Assembly: GCA_019828565.1 (NCBI GenBank)
Contig: JAHDYR010000025.1
Coordinates: 620,001 to 684,000 of the forward strand
DNA from: Carpediemonas membranifera BICM
Lineage: Eukaryota; Protista; Fornicata
DNA: 64,000 nt
Direction: 5' to 3'
Shown: in pieces, positions 51,862 through 62,200 of the stretch
Layout of the letters: the number at the start of each line of letters is the position of its first letter
Position numbering within the stretch: the first letter of the stretch is position 1
Notes under the pieces: generated by a model
Seen by the model: the letters and a program-made list of their open reading frames with translations, nothing else
Told to the model about the DNA's origin: nothing
Database searches by the model: none
Translations under genes and position numbers: made by a program

Positions 51862-54174
51862 ATGTCAGGAACACCTAAGAATGTGGCCACGCCGCATAGC
51901 ATATATCCTCCAAACATGTTTGTTGGCAGCGACTCGCTCCTGCTCACGAATCAGTTCGTCGAATTATTAGAGAACGATGGGCCTCCGGGAACACTTCTAG
52001 GACTGAACAACATATCAGAGCCATCGAGAAACTTCCAAATCCAAGTTTTGAACGGCATCCGCGCTGGTTATCACTTTCCCGTTTCGTCACGGCCCATCAT
52101 CATGGGCCGCGGTTTGGACTCCGATGTGACAATTCCTGATCTCACACTCTCCAGGCACCATGCTAAGGTGTTTGTGAAGGACGGCAATGTGTATATCGCC
52201 GATGTCGGCTCGTCGAACGGCACTTTCATCGGGTCCACACGGCTTGTGCGGAATAAGCCGGCCAGAGTGCCCTTAGCCACTGTCATAACCGTCGGAAGTG
52301 TCCACATCATCGCTCAGTACACCTTGGACAACCCGCAAGGCACTCTCCGCGTCCGTCGAGACTCCGCGGACTCTGCCTCGTCCACTGGGTCGATCAAGCC
52401 CACGCCGCGCCTCAGTGCCCGTGGGGAGCGCCGTCTCTCGCTCACAGACGAGCAGCGGATCCGTGCGGACATAGTCACGGCCGGCCGACGTCTGAACGCT
52501 GTACTGCGGGTCTCTGAGATCCTCGGGCTGCGGTCATTCTCGGAGGACCTCGCAGAGGAGGTTATAATTGACGTTCTCGACGTGCTGCTCAACCTGTTCA
52601 CCAACGCCAAGCAGGTGATGCTCCTACGAGGCCGTTCCGAACGTTCCCTCCGCTTCATCAGCGCCCGCCGCCGCGCAGAGGACCCCGACTCCCTCCTGGA
52701 CGTCGACGGTGAGGACACTGCCCAGTTCGAGTCGACCTCCGAGTTCCACATCCCCCGAGCCCTCCTCACGAGCGCCTTCCAGCGTGCCCGGGTGCTGGCC
52801 CTCCCGCCCCGGTCCCGGAACGACGATCTGGGCCATCGCGCCCTCGGCCATGACCCGGACAGCCTCCCCGCACTCCTATGTATCCCGCTACTGGTCCGTG
52901 CGCCGTCTGGGAGGAACACGAACTCCCTCCACAACACGCTGTACGGCCCCGCTGGGCTGACGACACCCAGGGGCAAGGGGGGGCATGACTTCCTCGGGAT
53001 GGTGTTCGTTGAGGGCATTTCCTCCTTCCAGTTCACGAAGAAGGACATGGAGATCGCCACGGCGGTCGGCCACCAGCTCTCGGTCGCCCTCAAGTCGCAG
53101 CAGCTGGTGTGGGAGGCCACCACGAACGCCAACATCCGCCGCTCCCTGACGAAGTACCTGCCGCAGCCCCTGGTCGACCAGGTGATGAAGGGCAAGAAGG
53201 ACCTCGTGCCCCAGGGCGTCCAAGGCACCGTGCTCTTCTCAGACATCGTCGGGTTCACCGCCCTGAGCGAGAGCATGCCCCCGACCGAGCTGATTGAAGT
53301 TATGAACCGGTATTTCTCGGACGCCGTGCCGTGCATCTCCTTTGAGAACGGCACGATCGACAAGTTCATCGGGGACGCCATCATGGCGCTGTTCGGCATC
53401 TCCCACTTCATCCAGCACGGCGTGTTCGACGCCGAGTCGCCCCTCCGCGCCATCAGATCGGCACTGTCTATGCAGAACCGCGTGTTCGGCTTCCAGCACG
53501 CCTCCCTGATCCACCCCCTCCGCCTCGGCATCGGCATCCACACGGGCCCCATGGTCGCGGGCAACATCGGGGCGGCCGACCGCATGGAGTATACAGTGCT
53601 CGGCGACGTCGTCAACACGACCCAGCGCATCGAGAGTACGGCCATGGCCAGCTCGATCTTGATCAGCGAGGAGACATACCGGGTCGCCCTCGATGCCATG
53701 GCAGCGCGCCACGCCGACCCGGCCCCCCTGTTCGCCGTAACCCGGATGCCGCCGGTCAGGGTGAAGAACAAGACCCACCCCATCAGCCTCTTGTCGATCA
53801 GGGGTCTGTTTGACCGGGACAACCTCTCCATGCTACTCTCCATCCCCGGGTCCATCGACTCGATCCCGGTCCTCATCACACGCCGGGTGGGTGTCGAGAA
53901 CACGTTCGTGCTCGCCCATAGCGCGTGCTGCAGGGTGGGGCCGGGTCCGCTCCACCTATGCCTGCCTGAGATCGACCTGCCGCCCGTGGAGATCACCAGA
54001 GTTGTCCGCACCTTGGCGTGCGAGGCAGACCACACCGACTGCCCCTGCGCCCAGATGTCTACGATGGTCTCCTTGTCGGACCCCACGCTCTCAGGACTGA
54101 TCGACCGTGCTGAGCCGATGCAGTGCGTCAAACCGTGGTCCGAGATGCCGAGGAACCCCCTGGTCGACAGCTGA
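51862..54174 (+). CDS. FHA-GAF-class III adenylyl cyclase
   Basis: FHA motifs (GR, LSRHHA, DVGSSNGT), a GAF-like middle, and cyclase motifs VLFSDIVGFT, DKFIGDAIMA, YTVLGDVVNTTQRIE. Confidence 0.92.
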   Translation: MSGTPKNVATPHSIYPPNMFVGSDSLLLTNQFVELLENDGPPGTLLGLNNISEPSRNFQIQVLNGIRAGYHFPVSSRPIIMGRGLDSDVTIPDLTLSRHHAKVFVKDGNVYIADVGSSNGTFIGSTRLVRNKPARVPLATVITVGSVHIIAQYTLDNPQGTLRVRRDSADSASSTGSIKPTPRLSARGERRLSLTDEQRIRADIVTAGRRLNAVLRVSEILGLRSFSEDLAEEVIIDVLDVLLNLFTNAKQVMLLRGRSERSLRFISARRRAEDPDSLLDVDGEDTAQFESTSEFHIPRALLTSAFQRARVLALPPRSRNDDLGHRALGHDPDSLPALLCIPLLVRAPSGRNTNSLHNTLYGPAGLTTPRGKGGHDFLGMVFVEGISSFQFTKKDMEIATAVGHQLSVALKSQQLVWEATTNANIRRSLTKYLPQPLVDQVMKGKKDLVPQGVQGTVLFSDIVGFTALSESMPPTELIEVMNRYFSDAVPCISFENGTIDKFIGDAIMALFGISHFIQHGVFDAESPLRAIRSALSMQNRVFGFQHASLIHPLRLGIGIHTGPMVAGNIGAADRMEYTVLGDVVNTTQRIESTAMASSILISEETYRVALDAMAARHADPAPLFAVTRMPPVRVKNKTHPISLLSIRGLFDRDNLSMLLSIPGSIDSIPVLITRRVGVENTFVLAHSACCRVGPGPLHLCLPEIDLPPVEITRVVRTLACEADHTDCPCAQMSTMVSLSDPTLSGLIDRAEPMQCVKPWSEMPRNPLVDS

Positions 54175-54317
54175 GGTCTGGGGCGGGTCATTTGCTTCAT
54201 TTACATGTATAAATACTGTTCTTTATGGTGGTTGGATGAACTGTTAGCGGTGGTCAAGGTAGGAGAAACCTGCACATTTGTCAAGTAGGAGGGCCAAAAA
54301 ATTGGAATGGGTAGACT

Positions 54318-56891
54318 ATGTTGCGTCTACGACGCATGGTAGCTGCATGTGAGGCCACGTACATTGCTCAGAGACCTTGTCCATCTCAGTGTATTTTGGG
54401 GGCATCCGAACGCAACCGAATCATGCTCAAGGGGGCTCTCACCATTTCTGCACTTTCTTGGGCGTATGACACATTTCTATACATATTTGGCTTCGAACGG
54501 GGCTCAGTTCTGCAGCTTCTCACCCTGGTGCTGCACGTTGCTCTGTTTCCGCTGTCGTACTTCATTTTCCCCCAGATTACAATCTTATCGGGCCTCATCC
54601 CGTTTGCATTCTACTATCTTCCTCCGCTGTGGCGCTATCGCTCATCCGACACCACACAGGATGTTGCACATCCGACGCTCGACGATATTTCCGATGCCAT
54701 CGGTCTCAAGGCCCAACCACGGACCTTCAGCATGCAGGAGATGGTGAACGCACGCCGCAACACAACACTGAGCGTCATCGTCGCGATTCACGCCGCCATG
54801 ATGCATCTGCTCACCCTCGTCGTCGCGTCGGTCGTCTCCCTAATCGTGCTGACGCCGTGGATCGCGTCCACAATTGTTCGCGCTGTGCTCTTCGGCATCG
54901 CACTGGTCGCTGCAGCCATGTGTTGCGCAGCTAGGCTTCTCCTGGAGCCCACCCTCTTCCGCCTGCGCTCGCCCCTCAGCCCCACGCTACGGGCCGCCAT
55001 TTCCTGGGTGCACACGAGCCTGCAGTACCCCGTTATGCTGCTCACGGTCTGCTTCATCACCAGCTACCCCGTGGACCCCGGCGTGCTGTCGCTAGTCAGC
55101 TACTTCTTCCTCTCGAGCCATGCCACCTTCGCCCTCACGTCCCCAGCCCTCGCCCTGGCCTCCGCGGCGCCCTTGCTCGTGCCATGGGGCTACACAGCAC
55201 CGTTGGCGCTTGTCCTGCGCCTCGTGCTGCCCCGCGTGTCCCGTGTGGTGCGGTCCGTCGTGCTCCACGCCTACTACACCGTCGAGCCCGTTGCGGGCAA
55301 CTCCAAGCCCGCCTGGCGCTATATCTGCCTCGCATACGTGCTGCTAACGCTGCCGCTCCAGCTGCTCGGCCACGTCGTCGCAGGCGTGCTGGGCCTCGAC
55401 ATGTTCCCCCTCAAGGGCATGCCCGTCCTGCTGCCCATGTTCCCCGCGGCCGCCGACAGGCTGCGTGTCTCGGCCGAGTACGACCCCACGCCCCTGGCGT
55501 CGATGTATGCCGTGCTCTCGGCGTCCCTCGTCAGCACCGTCGGCGCGGGCATCACAGCCACCCGAGGCCTCGTGCCCCGCGCCCTCATGACGTTCGCGGG
55601 CCAGCGGGTCGACTGTACGGTCTACTCGCTCGCCCTCGCCCTGCGGTCCCGCCGCGCCATGATCGCCCGCGCGGCCGAGCAGACACTGCTGCTGGTGCCC
55701 CGGCCCTCGCACCCGCTCTTCCCGCAGCTCAGCCTGCACGGGCTCGAGCTCGCCGGGACCAGCTGCCACAGCAGAGAGACCACGCTGCTGGACGAACTGA
55801 TGGCCGGCAAGCGGCGGGGGCTGCCGACCGACGCCGTGTGCCCCGTCGGCGGCGTCTGGTGCACGTGGTACTCGTGGTCGGCCTTTAACGCGGACTACTA
55901 CGTCTCGGACACGGGCATGGCCAACGGGCTGCGGGACTTGCTGCCCGTGACCCTCGGATACGTCATCTCACGCATCAAGCACGACGCCGGCGACGTCAGC
56001 GAGCGCATCGCCGACCGCATCGCCGACGTTGCCGCTGCTGTGGCGGGGCTGCCCGAGAAGCAGCGGCCGCAGAACCCCAAGTGGCGTCAGGCGACGCGCG
56101 GCATCCCCGGCCTGACCGACGCGGATATCGTGCTCGTCGAAGCGATCACCCACGCGGTCAGCGCGTCCCTCGGTGTCCACTCGCTGTCCTCGGCGTGGAA
56201 GGGCACCGTCGGCCCAGGCTCGTGGCTCGACCCACACATGGTCTCCGTCTGGAAACCGACGACGACGACGACGACGACAACCAACGTGCCCACGGCACAC
56301 ATGCTCGCCCCGCCACCACTGGGCATGCCCGAGACTGCTGACGGCGTGCCCAAGTGGCCAATTCCATCCCCCGGGCAAGTGACACCCGCGCTGAATCTGG
56401 TGCATTTGGAGACGGCGAACGCGTTGTGGCCGGCCGCGCTGAGGATCGCGGTGAGGGTCTACATCGACCAGATTCTCAGCACGTTCGAGCCGCCTTCGTT
56501 CGACACGTGGGACGAGAGCACGACCAATAACGTCATCAACGACATCGGCGAGGTCTACGCCTCCTGCTGCACCAACCCCGACACCAGCCGCGTCTGGGGC
56601 CACCAGCTCTCGCGCGGCGTGCCCGACTGCTTCACCCTGGCCCAGTCCGCGACCGGGTCCTGGTCGGCCGACCGCATTTCTGGAGTCAATGATCAAGTTT
56701 CGCTCGCCACGTATGACATGCAGGCGCTTGGTGCCATCTGGGACATGACGATCGCCGACTTCGTTCTGGGTAGCGGTGACGACGAGCGGTATACCATCCA
56801 GAGCCACGCCGGGCTGATGAGGAACCTGGCGGTGCAGGCCGTACCCCTGCCGTTCGGGTACCCGCAGTTCCACGCCAAGGTCTCCGTGTAG
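54318..56891 (+). CDS. Pecanex-like multi-pass membrane protein (PCNX4-like)
   Basis: Multiple TM segments; GLELAGTSCHSRE and DDERYTIQSHAGLMRNLAVQAVPLPFGYP match the pecanex C-terminal domain. Confidence 0.85.
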   Translation: MLRLRRMVAACEATYIAQRPCPSQCILGASERNRIMLKGALTISALSWAYDTFLYIFGFERGSVLQLLTLVLHVALFPLSYFIFPQITILSGLIPFAFYYLPPLWRYRSSDTTQDVAHPTLDDISDAIGLKAQPRTFSMQEMVNARRNTTLSVIVAIHAAMMHLLTLVVASVVSLIVLTPWIASTIVRAVLFGIALVAAAMCCAARLLLEPTLFRLRSPLSPTLRAAISWVHTSLQYPVMLLTVCFITSYPVDPGVLSLVSYFFLSSHATFALTSPALALASAAPLLVPWGYTAPLALVLRLVLPRVSRVVRSVVLHAYYTVEPVAGNSKPAWRYICLAYVLLTLPLQLLGHVVAGVLGLDMFPLKGMPVLLPMFPAAADRLRVSAEYDPTPLASMYAVLSASLVSTVGAGITATRGLVPRALMTFAGQRVDCTVYSLALALRSRRAMIARAAEQTLLLVPRPSHPLFPQLSLHGLELAGTSCHSRETTLLDELMAGKRRGLPTDAVCPVGGVWCTWYSWSAFNADYYVSDTGMANGLRDLLPVTLGYVISRIKHDAGDVSERIADRIADVAAAVAGLPEKQRPQNPKWRQATRGIPGLTDADIVLVEAITHAVSASLGVHSLSSAWKGTVGPGSWLDPHMVSVWKPTTTTTTTTNVPTAHMLAPPPLGMPETADGVPKWPIPSPGQVTPALNLVHLETANALWPAALRIAVRVYIDQILSTFEPPSFDTWDESTTNNVINDIGEVYASCCTNPDTSRVWGHQLSRGVPDCFTLAQSATGSWSADRISGVNDQVSLATYDMQALGAIWDMTIADFVLGSGDDERYTIQSHAGLMRNLAVQAVPLPFGYPQFHAKVSV
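56258..56278 (+). repeat. (GAC)7 microsatellite encoding poly-Thr in the pecanex gene
   Basis: Read directly from the sequence. Confidence 0.9.
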
Positions 56892-56945
56892 CTTGGGCCG
56901 GTGTGCAGTGGACGTTGATGCGTCACCTCACTTGATGTGACCAGC

Positions 56946-57068
56946 GAGGAATGGAACGTCGACATGCCGACGTTCGGGGAGCCCATGGCGATGGATGACG
57001 GCAGCATGGACGAGCTCCTCTTCGTGCTTCGGGCCGACGAGATTGTGCCTGTCAACCACGTGGTGTGA
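56946..57068 (+). pseudogene. 3'-terminal fragment of F3 (EEWNVDMPTF...VNHVV*)
   Basis: Identical to 28346-28468; has no 5' part. Confidence 0.92.
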
Positions 57069-58336
57069 GTGACTCTTCCTGCATGCACGCGTCAGCTATA
57101 AAGCAAACTGGGTTTGATGAGTTCTTTTATGCCAACCACGCTTCAGGCGCTCCAGCGTCTGAAGGCTCATTCAGATGCCCGTCTCGGCCGGGGTCCACGG
57201 GTCGACGTCGACTGGGGTAATCTCACGCTCTTCTCGAGAAGATGGCGGCACACACGCGACCAGCTCAGCCACCCCATCTGACACTCTGCCCACTTTGAAC
57301 CACTGGTCGGTGGGGTCGCGGAACGAATGGACACACTGGCCACCTGACATTCTTCTGCCAAGTGCTGTCGCCTTAAAGGGCACAGAGCACTGCTTGTCGT
57401 AATCACACAGATGAGTGCTGCCCTCATTGACCCAGACGAGAGTCAACTGGTCACAAAAGAACCCCTTGACCCTCGCAAGGAAGCGGAGCGGGGTGGCTGT
57501 GAGGCACCTGTCGCCCTCTCTGTATCCTGGCAGCAGGCCAGACTGGACGATATGAGAGAGGACTTGCCCGGCGAACAGCAGCTGACGGCTGCTGAGGAAG
57601 ACATGGAAGGATTGAGATGGCATGATCCGGTCGACTCTGAAAGGAAGCTCCTCGAAGCCAGCCATATCATTCTCGTGCCCGAGTCCCAGCTGGCCATGAC
57701 AGTTATTGCCACTGATCACATACCGATTGCACATGGAGAGTATGACAATATCATATTCATGCACGATGTGATCTGGGATAAATCCAGCGGGCACAGCGAC
57801 TGGGTGGAAGCGGTTATCGTATTCTTGAACAAGGTCTGTATACCATCGTGTCTCGTCGCCCGCCATGACAGTGCCGACCGGGGTGACTATGAACGTCTGC
57901 CATCCCTTCATCGACACATCAGTCACCATCGTATGCTTCTCCCAAGGGGGCAGGCTGGCCTCGAGCTCGGCGACCTTGGGGCAGGCGGGGAAGGTGAGGC
58001 GGGTCGGGTCGACGAACTCAGATGACTTGAACCCCAGCTGGCCATTTCCGCTATACCCCCATCTCCACATGCCCTTGGGCGTCCTGGCGATGTGGGTGAT
58101 CACGTTGCTCTCGACCTCGAGGGCCCTGGGCATCCTGGCCCTGGTGAGGGCGGTGTGGTTGGCAGTACTGAGCATGAAGAGTCGGCCCATGTACATGCGG
58201 TGGTGGTGGCATATGTCGTGCCAATTCCACTGATAGCTCTCGCCGTCCTTCTCTGCCACATTCAGCGCGAAGAAGAACTTGCGGCAGAGGAACCAGAGGC
58301 ACTTGGCCTCGGGGGTGAGAGCCTTGCGGATCTTGT
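56946..58336. repeat. Segmental duplication B, copy 2
   Basis: Copy of 28346-29736. Confidence 0.97.
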
Positions 58337-58831
58337 CATGCATATTAGTCTTACCTGGCTGCTCCTCTCGAGCCTTCTTCAGCATCCTGCCCTCGAGGTC
58401 GGGGTTGGCCCCGCCACCCACCAGACACGCCCACACCGCGCCCTGGTTCAGCGTGTGCAGCGCGACCGGGAGCTCCTCGCCATCCGCGAGCTCGACGTTC
58501 ATGGACAGCGGGGGGCCGCTGGTGAGGATCGAGCGGGCGCGGTCGAGGAGGGCTTGCGCGGATGGCTCGAGAGGGGGATCTTGCAGAGCGTGGCGAGGAG
58601 GGATTCGAGATCGTGGCCATCTTGCGGCGCGTCTGTGGTTGTATGATTGTGGATAAACGTCCTTAATGCGGACAGCACGCCAGATCTGAGCGGAATCTCC
58701 TCGTTGAAGTGGCGCTGGTACGCGCAGGCGATGAGCGAGGGGATGTCGCCTGCGATGCTGCTCGTAGCCGTGATTGAGAGCCGATGGGCAGTGATCAGCG
58801 CCTCTCGCGTCTTCTTGCCTTCATTGCTCAT
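57171..58831 (-). CDS. Family member F6, a mosaic of F5 (5'), an unknown donor (middle) and F4 (3'); 1-bp frameshift in a G run at 58573-58577
   Basis: ATG at 58831 (MSNEGKK, as in F5). The coding strand has C5 where F5 has C6; restoring one base gives a 553-aa frame. Confidence 0.85.
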
Positions 58832-58919
58832 GTCGTTCGTTCGTTGCCAAGCAACTCGGCTGCAGTCGGACACGCACCCCGCCGTACCCCATGCACCAGG
58901 CCTCATGTCTGGCAGGGAA
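58516..58919. repeat. Duplication C, copy 2 (inverted)
   Basis: Reverse complement of 35977-36377 with few changes. Confidence 0.93.
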
Positions 58920-58997
58920 ACTGTGCCCCGGCCAGAGACAGGCGCCTCGGCATGAGTGTGAAAGAGAGTCTTGGGTGAACAGTGGTGCTGAGGGCGA

Positions 58998-59081
58998 GTG
59001 ACCCTGCCCGGCTGCGCCAGTGCCCGCAACCGTACTTCTGCGAGCACTTGGCCAGTGAGCTAGCCATATGATGTGAGTTGC
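58998..59081. repeat. 84-bp dispersed non-coding element, copy 2
   Basis: Matches 26247-26330. Confidence 0.9.
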
Positions 59082-59220
59082 GACAGCCTCGTCTCGACGA
59101 CGACAAATTATTACATTACAGGGACTGCGGCCAGACCAACTCTTGCCGCTGAAATAAATAAAAAAAATAAAAGAACGATACACCTTTATGTAACATTACA
59201 TGTATACCACCCAACCTCGC

Positions 59221-62200
59221 TCATCCAAACCACGCGTCCAACCGGCACAGATCGTCAAAACTGAGTAGCTCGGCAATATTCGATCCCAGAATCATGTCTG
59301 CTGCGATCTTTGAGCCCAAAATCGACACAACCATATCGACCACAACCCCGGTTCCAATGGAGCTGATCCGGGCATCGGCCAGCAGAATCTGCCACACGCG
59401 ACACGGGTGGGCGGTCTCAGTCAATCTATAGATCGAATCAACCGGATTCTCCAGATCTAATACTGCCTGACACATCTCCTCGAGACTTGTCGCCGCAGCG
59501 TACTTTGTAGCAGCGTCAGGCTCAGCGCCCTCTGGGGTGACTCCAAGAGTCAGGAGCCGGGCGATCGCGGTCTGTCGCAGAGTGTCAGAGCTCGACTCCG
59601 ACTTCAAAATCGACTGTAGCAAGTCAGGGTTGAAGTCGAGGGCGGTGGGCTCGGTCTCAAGGGCGAGGGTGACGTAGGCCTCCTTGACCTCACCCTCGAG
59701 GACGGTGGTGAGCATCTCCGGCGATAGCATGCGTCGGGCGTCGACTAGCACAGGCACATCGTCGATGGTGCATCCGTCGACAAGGATCCGACACGCTTCT
59801 GCGAGGACGTCGAGTCCGCCGGCCGCAGTCAGCTGCTGGACCGGCCCCGGTGTCGCAAGGACCGGCCCATCGATGGCCATGACGAAGACGGGCTCCACGT
59901 GTCTCTTCATCACTTCGAGGAGGGCTGCGAAAGACTTCGGGAGCTTATGTAGGTCTGCATAGGCCATGGCGCGGTGCAGGTCGATAAACTTGGAGTACGC
60001 GCCGATAAACGTGACAAGGGCGTCGTCGTGAGGCGTACCTGGCGAGACTCCAAGGAACGCACCCGACTCGAGAGCGACTTGACACAAACTGCGTATCATG
60101 TCGTCGGCAATGTCCCTAAAGTCCATCTGTTCAAGCCACTCGTGGGGGGCGAAGATCTCATCAAGACGCGCAGGAGTGCACACCGAGAGCCACTGGCACA
60201 AAGTGCTGTGCAGGTGGAAGTTCGAGGGGCGGACGGCCGTGACGTCATAGATGAAACCGGTGTCACCTGGTACATGGAAGATGGCCGCCGTCTGGGCTGC
60301 TGCGAGGCAACCGTCGCCCATGACACCGCTACACACCTTGAAAGCAGACCTGGACAGGATGCCCACGGTCTCACACGAGGCGTATAGAGCCTCCTGGTGG
60401 GGGACGACGCAGGTCCGCTCAACCCGGGCACCTGCGAATGACGAGTAGACCGAGGTAAACTCGTCCTGGTCGACGTACCCCGTGGTGAAGGCGGCCTCCT
60501 TGCGGGGGACCGTGATCTCTCGCATGACGGGCGTCGCGGGTGGCATCATGAAGAGATCGACCACGACTGGGGCGAATTTGTGGATCTGCATCTCCGGGGC
60601 GGGGGGCTGGGGTTTGGACTTGGCCTGGGGCTTCTGGGTCACCTTGGGCGGGTGGTGGGCGAGCTTTGCGGCTACAGCCTTCTGAGCGTTGAGCTGCTTC
60701 TGGGCTGCCTTGACGACGGAGTTGAACCGCGACGTCTCTGGTGCCAACTCCTTTGGCAGGGGCGTGGGGGCAGGTAAGGCCTCCTCGACCTCGGGCTGGG
60801 GTGCGGGCTCCTTCTTGGACGTCGCGTCCTTGGGATCGGGCTGGGGCCCGGTTTCATCTCTCTCCACCTCCAGCTCCGGTACCCTGGCCTCCTTCTTAGC
60901 CTGCACCGGCGTCACCTCGGCCCTGCCCTCCCCCTCAACCCCGACCTCTTCCGAGACGACCGGCGGGGGCGGGGTTGGCGGTTGCTGGGGCTGCTCGGCG
61001 TGGGGGCTGGGTAAAGGAGTCGGCTGGTGCTCCTGGGCGGGCTTGTAGACTTTCTCAGCCGTAGAGTCATCGTCGACTGGGGGTGGTGGGGTCGGCGGCA
61101 GCGGCTCGGGCGGGGTCGGCGCCGACTCGACCAGCTCCGGCTCTTGGGCTTCAGGCACGGGTGCAGGTGCTACGGGGGGAACAGACGCTTGCTCAGGCTC
61201 AGCAGCGGGCTCGGGCTCAGGCTCTCTGATGGGCGGCGGGACTGGCACGGGGCTGAGGATTGGCAGGGCCGAGAGCTGCGGCTTGGACGCGCTCAGGATG
61301 TACAGCCCGCCCTTCATGGACGCGATGAGTCGACCGGCACACCATGCGAAGATCGTGGGGGTCTCAGTGAGGCCCAGGGGGAACCAGCCGAAGACGGTGT
61401 CGAGCGTGTCGGCAAAGACAAGGAGACCCGCAGGGGAGAGTGAGACTACCCGTCCATGCTCTCTATACAGCGTGCCAAGCACAGGCTCACTCGGATCGGC
61501 ACTGATCGCGCTCTCATCGTTACTAGCCTTAAACTGCGCGACTTCAGTCTTGAGTCTATTGAGTCTCACGGTGATCAGGATGGGCTGGATATCGCCTTCC
61601 ATGCTCCTAGTAGTGCTTGCCCCGAATACTCTACGCTGGGGTCTTGCTAGCAGGAGCATGGACTCAAGCGGCTCGTTCAACGTCTCCTGGAGCCCTGGGG
61701 GCGGGGGGAGCTCGCAGACGCCGAGGTCGGGGTTTCCCTTCTTCGGCTTTGACCCTACTACTGCGGGCGGACCACTGGAGAGGAGCACCACGCGAGATGC
61801 CATGGAGATAGCGATGCCGAGCCCGGCCGTGCAGATCTGGACGATCGGTTCCGCAATGGAAGAGTGGAATATGACCTCGGCCGAGCCCTTGTTCGGTTTG
61901 TTGATATTGAGGAGTGTCCGTCGCTCGGGGAGGAGGATAGCGTGGACTGTGCCCGTCGTCGTCCCGAGGAGGAGGCGGTCTGCCACAAAGCCAAAGAAGG
62001 ACGGGACCTCGCCAGCATTGTGCGATAACTCGGCGGTGAAGATGGTCTCGTAGCTGAACGAGCGTGTGGGAACAGTTTCGTAGGTTGTTGAGAGAACGAC
62101 GACGTTACCAGCCTCGGTGGCGAATGCCAGCGTTGCACGGGACATTGTGATCACAGTAACGGGCGACGAGACATTCTTTGTCGAAATAATGGCAAGACGT

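Noticed and set aside
52314-54200. Long antisense ORFs (628 aa here; 532 aa at 46559-48157; many others)
   Set aside because: They are shadows of GC3-rich sense genes that have clear domains, and they show no motifs of their own.
56946-59172. Helitron or Pack-MULE capture as the cause of the duplicated fragments
   Set aside because: No 5' TC / 3' CTRR at an AT site, no TIRs, no TSDs and no transposase seen.
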